A stretch of DNA of 64,000 bases, taken from the NCBI GenBank assembly GCA_964427405.1, contig CAYRUB010000004.1, positions 4,236 through 68,235 on the forward strand, in the 5' to 3' direction. This DNA comes from an uncultured Planctomycetales bacterium. GTDB taxonomy: Bacteria; Omnitrophota; Gorgyraeia; Gygaellales; Profunditerraquicolaceae. Under the pieces are notes generated by a model, which ran no database searches, was not told the DNA's origin, and saw only the letters and a list, made by a program, of their open reading frames with translations. The position numbers were made by a program, and so were the translations under genes. Positions 10,969 to 19,200 of the stretch are shown in pieces (the stretch's first letter is position 1; each line of letters starts with the position of its first letter).

Positions 10969-10997
10969 ATTTTAGCACAGTTTTCTACCCATCTCAA
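10969..10997 (-). promoter_or_regulatory. sigma70-type promoter, probably giving a leaderless metV-like mRNA
   Basis: TTGAGA-N17-TAAAAT with an extended -10 TG; ATG is 6 nt after the -10. Confidence 0.55.
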
Positions 10998-11029
10998 GCG
11001 TAAAAATTGAGCTCCTTAAATCTTTTATT

Positions 11030-11066
11030 TAGCGAAACCCTACCAAGCTTGCGAGGTAGGGCGAGC
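11030..11066. repeat. Intergenic hairpin (REP-like element or terminator) after uvrD
   Basis: CCCTACC-aagcttgcga-GGTAGGG preceded by TAGCGAAA. Confidence 0.45.
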
Positions 11067-11074
11067 AACTTATA

Positions 11075-13132
11075 TTATTCCCTAAAATATTCCTCCATAG
11101 TTTCAAAAAATTCTTTATTCCTTTGCCTTTTTTCACCAATAATATCCTCTAGCTCCACATCATCCCACCCATCTGAACCACCGACCCCTTGCACATCCAC
11201 GAACTTATTAAGCAGTCCACCCTGCTCCAAGAAACGGGAAACCTGGGTAAACACCGAACCGCCACCGTCCATAAAACTCCTGGGGGAGCGATCAATATGA
11301 GGTTTTAATAAAAATAAATTTACTTTGGCCCGCGTAGCCGCAACATAAAACAAGCGGCGCTCTTCTTCAATCTCATCATCTGTTTCTAAAGACAGGTAAG
11401 AAGGAAGGTGCCCCTCGGCAACATAGATTAAAAATACCGTATGCCATTCCAGGCCTTTTGCTGAATGTATAGTAGACAGAGTAAGCGCTGCATCATGCTT
11501 ATCCCTTTTGCCTGTCTCAACCAGGCTTCTCTCCGGTGGCTCTAAGGCCATATCTACTAAAAACTGCTCTGTTGTTTTATAACGCTCAGCGATTCTCAAT
11601 AGCGAATCAAGATCATTTAAACGCTTATTAAAATCATCATACTTAATCTTTAACAAAGGCTGATAATAACTAAGGAATTTATCAATTATCTCGGCCGGAG
11701 CATCGCGCTGGCAATCCACGCTTTTTAATAACTCAAGCAGTTTGAACAAACCCTCGTTTTTGTATAATAACTGTTCATCGCCGGTATTATTTATGGCTGT
11801 CTCAACAATCTTTGTCCGCTTGGGAACTATTTCCATAATCTTCTGCGCGGTTTTAGGGCCTATTTTAGGAATCAATAAAAGAGCACGCAACCAGCTAACT
11901 TGATCTTGCGTATTGTAAGCAATACGTAAATAGCTTAAAATGTCTTTTATGTGTGCGGCTTCCACAAACTTCTGGCCGCCATATTTTGCGAAGGGAATAT
12001 TGCGGCTGGCCAGTTCAATCTCTAAATCATTAGAATGCCAACCTGAACGAAAAAGTACGGCCATGTCTTTTAAGGCCACTCCTTCTTCTCTTAATTCTAG
12101 GATTTTATCCGCAACAAATCGCGATTGTGAATTTTCATCCGGACAATCTAGAAAAACCGGGATGTTGCCTTCTTTCTTTTTAGTGTAAAGGTGTTTTTCA
12201 AATTTTTCTTTAGCCTGGCTGATAACGGCATTGGTCAAATTTAAGATCGGCTGCGTGGAACGGTAATTTTCTTCCAAGGTAATAATTTTGGTGTCTTTGA
12301 AAATCTTCGGGAAATCAATAATGTTCTTAAAATTTGCCCCCCGGAAAGAATAAATACTCTGTGCGTCATCCCCGACTACCATAATATTAGAGTGATCTGC
12401 CGCCAAAAGACAGGCAATATGCGCCTGAAGCTTGTTGGTATCCTGGTACTCATCAACCATAATGTATTTATATTTAGCGGAAAGGCTTGCGCGTACATCT
12501 TCGTACTTACTGAGCAGATTCTTCAAGAAAACCAATAAATCATCATAATCTAAAAGTGATTTTGCGCGCTTATATTTATTATACTCCTGACGAATCTTTT
12601 TAATCTCTTCGCTAAATTCCATGAACTGCGGGTATTCATCATAAAGAACATCGGCAATCTCTTCGGATTTATTCACGCTTTTAGAGATAACTTCCAAAAT
12701 GGCGTGTTTACGCGGAAAACGTTTTTCGGATTTATGATATCCCAGCTGCGTGCGCACTAAATTTACAGCATCTTCCGCATCTGCCTGATCAAGAATAGTA
12801 AAATTATTACTGATCTCTAAAAGCTTGGCGTACTTTCTTAAGATCATATTGGCAAAGGAATGGAAAGTTCCCCCGGAGATCTTCTTACAGCGCTCATCCA
12901 AAAGCAGGCTTGCCCGGCGCAACATCTCTTCAGCTGCCCTGCGTGTGAAGGTAAGCAACAGAATCTGATCCGGACTGACCCCTTGTTCGACTAAATAGGC
13001 CACCCGGTGCACTAAGACGCGTGTTTTTCCACTCCCCGCACCGGCAATCACCAAATACGGGCCGTTAATTGATTCAACAGCTTCAAGCTGCGCTTTATTA
13101 AGTTCGTTTTTGTAGTCTATTTTTTTATTCAT
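11075..13132 (-). CDS. UvrD/PcrA/Rep family ATP-dependent helicase
   Basis: AGAGSGKT, TFHS, VDEYQD, VGDDAQSIYSFRGA, NYRS, STIHSAKGLE, EERRLFYVAATRA. Confidence 0.95.
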   Translation of the reverse strand: MNKKIDYKNELNKAQLEAVESINGPYLVIAGAGSGKTRVLVHRVAYLVEQGVSPDQILLLTFTRRAAEEMLRRASLLLDERCKKISGGTFHSFANMILRKYAKLLEISNNFTILDQADAEDAVNLVRTQLGYHKSEKRFPRKHAILEVISKSVNKSEEIADVLYDEYPQFMEFSEEIKKIRQEYNKYKRAKSLLDYDDLLVFLKNLLSKYEDVRASLSAKYKYIMVDEYQDTNKLQAHIACLLAADHSNIMVVGDDAQSIYSFRGANFKNIIDFPKIFKDTKIITLEENYRSTQPILNLTNAVISQAKEKFEKHLYTKKKEGNIPVFLDCPDENSQSRFVADKILELREEGVALKDMAVLFRSGWHSNDLEIELASRNIPFAKYGGQKFVEAAHIKDILSYLRIAYNTQDQVSWLRALLLIPKIGPKTAQKIMEIVPKRTKIVETAINNTGDEQLLYKNEGLFKLLELLKSVDCQRDAPAEIIDKFLSYYQPLLKIKYDDFNKRLNDLDSLLRIAERYKTTEQFLVDMALEPPERSLVETGKRDKHDAALTLSTIHSAKGLEWHTVFLIYVAEGHLPSYLSLETDDEIEEERRLFYVAATRAKVNLFLLKPHIDRSPRSFMDGGGSVFTQVSRFLEQGGLLNKFVDVQGVGGSDGWDDVELEDIIGEKRQRNKEFFETMEEYFRE

Positions 13133-13152
13133 AGGGATATTTTGTGCATATC

Positions 13153-13180
13153 ATTCTATCCCCTGGCAGGCTTATTGCAA
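13153..13180 (-). promoter_or_regulatory. sigma70-type promoter of the helicase gene
   Basis: TTGCAA-N16-TAGAAT. Confidence 0.6.
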
Positions 13181-13200
13181 GACAAATATTGGCAGAAACA

Positions 13201-13270
13201 ATAAAGGGGCGCTCGTTTATAGGGTGCCCTTCAAGGCCGATGAGCTCTTAAAAGGCAGGACGCCCCTTAT
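13201..13270. terminator. Long imperfect hairpin at the 3' end of the giant gene
   Basis: AAGGGGCG (13204) pairs with CGCCCCTT (13261); inner GCTCGTT/GATGAGC stem. Confidence 0.45.
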
Positions 13271-16200
13271 TGTTCCATTAACCTAGGTTCTTTCGCTTCT
13301 ACTGTAATCTGTGTTAATACAAGCTGCATTTCATTAGTCGACTTACCTGATTCTAAAAGCATTAACATTTCCTTTAAGGATAAATCCGTACTCACTACTC
13401 GTTCTTCTTCCAGCCTGAGCATATCCGCAATACAAGATAGCACTTTATCAATCTCCTGATTAAAATCCTGTTTCTGGCAGCAGGATTGCAGGTATTCTTT
13501 AATTCTTTCGCTTGACGGCGTGATACCTGCCGCAAGCATATTCTCTATCTGAAGCCATTCGCTATTTAATTCAGCTAACGGAATCGAAGGGATGGTGTTC
13601 GCATTAATCTTTTGATTAATCAATATTGGTTGACTGGCTATGGGTAGCGCGCGAAAATCAATACCACCCTTATCAGAATATTCAACCGGCGAAGAGGCGG
13701 GCTGTACTTTAACCCCCTTTAAGGTAAACCCATAAACGTTTCCTTCCCCTGTATTATCCTCTATACTAAATCTACCAAAACCCATGGCGCTCAATAGTGT
13801 TTCCATTGGCGTTCCCTTGAATTTTCCAAGATCTAAACGTTTGCCATTAAACATTGCATCTATTGTTGGTCGATTTATTACATAAATATTAAGCGGGGTG
13901 CCTGTGGGAACCGCCTCACCAACCCGCGATAATATAGCAGGACCGAACCCTTTATCAGAAAGATCCGAAATTTCATCGTCACCATCAAAGACTGTCCCGT
14001 TTAAAAACATGGCGAACTTTAGTTCGCCTTCTTTAGTAATCTCTAATTCTAAAACCGGACTCAACGATGTTTTACCGTCTTTTCCCCTCACCAAACTAGT
14101 TCGGATAATCAACCTACCTGGTAATTGAAGATCATTGGTGATTAATTTATACTTTTCGTTTTTATTGTCAGGGCCAGAAAGGACCATTCCTTCGAGCCTT
14201 TTCTTTATATTCTCCAACATGGCTGATCGACCCCTGATCTCCGAGCCAGCAATCGGTATCTCATAAAAAACTAAATTATCTGATTTATCAGCATAACCGT
14301 AGTTATTTATTTTTGACAGGCCTAAATTCCCGATATCCTCTCCAGGGACATCTATCTTCTTCGCAGAAGTGATATTTAAAAAGGAGTCAGAAACAATGGT
14401 TGTCCCTGGAACCAATATATTACTAATCGGCGCCATCCATTTCTTTTTTCCATCCAAATCAGCACCAGCTTTAGTTAATAACAACACATCTGTCCTGTCT
14501 CCAATTACCTTCTTTAATTCGCTATATATGTGCCCTGGTAAAGGCTGGCCGTCGAATGTATAAGTGATATGTGTATGGCGTATTTTACGTTTTACACCAC
14601 TATCATACACAATACTAAACTCCGCTGTAGTAACGCGACTATTACCTAGGGAGCGATCCTCTACTATTTTAAATGTACTTAAGTCTGCGCCTAATAACAC
14701 CAACTCCGCAAGATACTCAATAAAGCCTTGTCTTATACCTGAGGAATGAAAACCTAGCTTCAGCTTTTTTTCTAAATAGCTATTTATCTGTTCTTTAAGC
14801 GCTTCCTCTTTATCTAAATATAAATTAAAATTATTAATAACCGTAAAAATATCCTGATTATCAATACTTACTATTGTATCCGCAAACGAAACCGCGGCAG
14901 AAATATCGCTGCCACTTGCTGGATACAACACAACCCCAAAATTTTTCTTAGCGGATTTTTTGGCAACTTCTGCCACGTTATTATATAAATCAAGCAGCTT
15001 CTTGCGTTGGCTCAAATAATCTTTGAATAATTCGCTTATCACAAGCTGGGGATCGCGGGCAAAAACAGCGCGCGCTAATGCTATAATTGCTTCTAATGGT
15101 GAAGAAGCGGCCTCTCCCGAAGAAGAAGCAAAATTAGAATAATTAAACCCGGGTAAATAGGGTTGTGTAATTTTGGGTTTAAATCTGGCAATCACAGTTC
15201 CCTCTTCACCCTTGCTTTCATCCGACCTCATCTGCTCGGCAAAATCTTTCCCGTGATACATGCCGATACTATCATAATACCCGGCATCAATAAGTTCCCA
15301 GCCGGCAGTATTAAACAACCGTACTATCGGAACGCTGCTAATTGACTCATTATTCTTTAGGGCCTTCAGGGATTCATCGTGTGCGATTTCTGTAACGAGT
15401 TCTTTATTCTTCGGAAAGACTTCTTTTAATTTGCTTAAAATAAACACCGCAAAACCTTTTTCCCTTTCTCCTTCCACAACCTTTAACATCCCGCCGTTAT
15501 TAATAGCATCCCTTTTTGTGTCAAGATTGAAATGCCCTATTTCTAGATTATCTTTATTCCTTAAAACAATGTTGGTGTCCCAAATAGAATCACCTTTTTC
15601 GATACTAATCACGTATTCCCCGCCATTAATATGAAATTTTTTGTTGTGCAATTTCTGCACTGCCCCGCGTAGTTCCGTAAGCGGCGAGCTGGCGAGCTGG
15701 GTTTCTCTGTCAAGTGACAAAGAAACACCTTTACCCCGCCTTTCTAATTCTTCCTTTAGTAGCCTGCTAATTTCAGCCAATACCTCTTCAGGGTTCTTTT
15801 TGCCTAAAACACTAAACCATCTCTCATTATATTGACTAGACAGCGGCTGCAATATGTCAGCAAGGGCATTCTGATTATTCCTCAACAGATTCAGATACTC
15901 TTCGTTTAAATTCTCAAAGTATCCCTTAAATAGCACTTTCAATGTTTCTAACGGGCGGGGGAATAAGAATTCTGTATCTTTGGCATTAAGCATTTTTAAT
16001 AATATCTTAACCCTCTGGCTAATTCCGCCAAGGTACAATTCTTCATTTCCCCCATGATCTTCCTGGGATTGAGTTCCAATAAGCTCTTCCAAATCATAAG
16101 TCATTCCGGTAAAATCAACATCCTGGTCGTGCAGAGTTTCATGATACAAGCCATTGTTCTGTTTGTAACCCTCAGCCTTGCCCATATTCAGCATTATTAC

Positions 16201-19200
16201 CAGCATAAGTTGATCGGGTTTTAATATCCTGCCTATTGATAATTTGATATGTAATTTATCGGCTACATTGTCCAGTTCACCTATCGCATCCAATGCCCCG
16301 GATATCCTCTCGCATAAAAAGCCTATTCCATTATTTGCAATTAGCTGAGGTAATTTTGACAGGCGATGATAGTCAAGGCTTAAGCTAAACACAAGCGCCG
16401 CATTTTCTTCTTTGGCATCTTCCAGTCCGATCAGTTTATTATTAATAGGAAGGTAACCCAAATCCATAGACATACCAGACTCTTTTAAGCTAGCACCCCC
16501 TAGCCCTCCTAATTCAGAGATTTCTTCCATACCAACAGCACCTTCAACGCGTTTTCCTTTTCTGTCATTAATATAATACGCGGGTCTATTGCTATAAGAA
16601 TTCTGCCCTGAACCTTTTATCGATAAAAACAACCCTCCGGGAAGTGGGATATAACATCTCCTGTTGCTTGCTACCCGGTAATTAGGAATCAACGTAAACT
16701 CCTCAGAGGTATACCGATCTGTAATTCCGACTATGACCTTCTTGCCATTTCCGGCCAATTCATCAGCTACCTTAGCGCTTCCAATTCCAAGAGCGCTATA
16801 AGAGGAAATTAACTCCTTAACTTTCTCAATATCCTGATAACCTAATAATTGCCTTGTGGGCTCTAAATCCCTAAATTTCAAAGACTCCGTATCTGATTTT
16901 TCAAGTACCTGCAAGAAAACTGGCTTAGCTGAACGATCATTTATCAAAATTTCCATGGTCTCATCTGAAAATAGATTCTTGAGATTATCATACTGATCCA
17001 ACCCTTCATTTTTTAGATAGGTATTAAATTTAGTTCTCAACTCATTGGAATTAGAAAAAACAAATTTACTATTTGTAACCGGCGAACTGGCGAGGACTTC
17101 CTCAGGCATACTAATGTTCCTGTGCATTTCTTTTAAGCCGATTTCTGCGTTTTTAGCCTTTTTAGCCGCTATTGATCCGATTTCATTTTCAACCTCTTGC
17201 CAACGGTCCTTGTATTCGTTATAGAACTTTACAGAATTGGCAGAGACCTCTACAGTTTTACGGGAGTCGTTAAGTTTATCAATTATACCCAAAGTCGCCC
17301 TGGCTATACCGGCATGGGATTGGCTTTTTTCTCCGGTAAAATCATCGCTCGTAACAGATATAGCCTCAAAATTTACGGAAAAATCAAATCCTTTTTCACT
17401 AAGCAGGTTACTTATATTTTTGCTCGCATTACTAAGTGCCTGGCTTATTGACTGCGTATCTAAAATACCATTACTCTCCCTGGCTCTGTGCATCTGATCG
17501 TTAAAAGCGTCTAACAAATTAATATTATCCAGTTTGATAAGCTGATTACCGAAATAATGCCCTAATTCATCAAAATCATTGATAACTTTAAAGGGGAACT
17601 TTCCCGCTGCGCGCAGCTTTCTCCCCGAGCCTTCTATAATAGATAGGAAATTTGCCTCAAAAGTTGCCCCCTCGGCAGTCAATATATTCTGTCTGACTGC
17701 CGTAACCTGCCATTTCCCCTTAACTGATGTAATTATATAAAAATTGTCGGGCGGCCCTCTGACTGCGAATATAAAGCTATCTGATGATTTCATTTTCTCC
17801 ATTGCATATTCTAAAATTACGAACAGGTTCTGGCGCATAAAGGCAGCGTAGCCATTATCAAGCCGCACCTGCTTAGCCGCATTATCGCCATGGCGCGTTT
17901 TCACAAATTCTCTTAGGGGCTGTAAAGATTTATTAAATTCGTCTGCGTATTCTTTTAGCTTTGAAAATACGGTGTCATCCAGCCTGGCGCCTTCTTTTAT
18001 CTGCGGCCTTTCATTCAATCCTTCTACTCCTACCATTTGCCCGGCCTGCTTGGCGACTCTCTGAAAAATTTCAGCTTCCCTTAAGGAAGACTCAAACCTA
18101 TTTTTAACAATCCCCTTTCCCTGAAGCCTCGCGGCCCCGGCAGATAAATAAGGCGGCAGGGCTTCTTCAACTTCACCTATCCCCGGGATCCGACCGGATT
18201 CCTCAAGCATCCTGTCTAAGGTTAAGCGTCCATTTATGTCGCCGCTATCCTTAATAAAGAACACAGTAGTTATATATTCCTGGCTTCCTGCCCGGCCCAC
18301 CCTGGCCGTTCTCTGGGCCATCCGAATTCCGTTAGAACCTTTAATTTCATTAACCATTCCGTCAGGCAACCTGGCAATACAATAACCCAGGTATTCTTTT
18401 TCAATCTCCTGCTGGATATCCTGAAGCACGTTTTTTACCTCTTCCCGTTGTAAAGAACCCGGTAAAACCATAGCCACCTCATCAGACCTCTCTCCCAAAC
18501 GAAAACCTATCCCGCCATGCCTACTTAAAACTTCCTTTGTGGTTCGAATTGCGTCTGCGATAAAAATATCGGCAATACTTATTCCATAGTAGTCGTTCCT
18601 GAGACGCAATTTAAGCATATCCGAAAAAATAATCCAGGCATGCTCGTCATTCCTTAATAAATCCATTGCCTTACCCTGGTCCGCGTCAAAATAAGCAACC
18701 GGCGAGCTGACTACTGACTGCTGGATCGGCGAAGAAGAAACACCAGCCGGATTAACTTCTCCCCGACCTATCCATTCTTTAAAATTAACCACCTTAAAAA
18801 CATCTATAGTTTTAATCTCTGCTTCATCTTTAGGTAGATAAAGATAAGCGTTAAGATCAGGAATTACATCCTGAAGACCTTCTAGAGAAATGTCTTTTGG
18901 TACCACCGCCTCAATTACAACCCCAAGGGGCATATCTATTATTTTCTCCGAGCGCTCAGGCAAAAGAAGATCTTCTCCCAGCCTGTCTTGCCAAGAAGGC
19001 CCTGGTTTTGTAGTAATTTTTGTCACATCATAAGGATGTGTATGTAATACTCCCAACAATTTAATCTCTCCCGTCGCATATTTATCGATAAGCCCGGTTA
19101 TATATGCCGGATCGTTCCCTACATAATCGTGCGTCTGCTTAAGATACTTTAAGACGGGAATCATTCTTTTAATATAATACCCTTCTTCTAGCTTTGTCCC

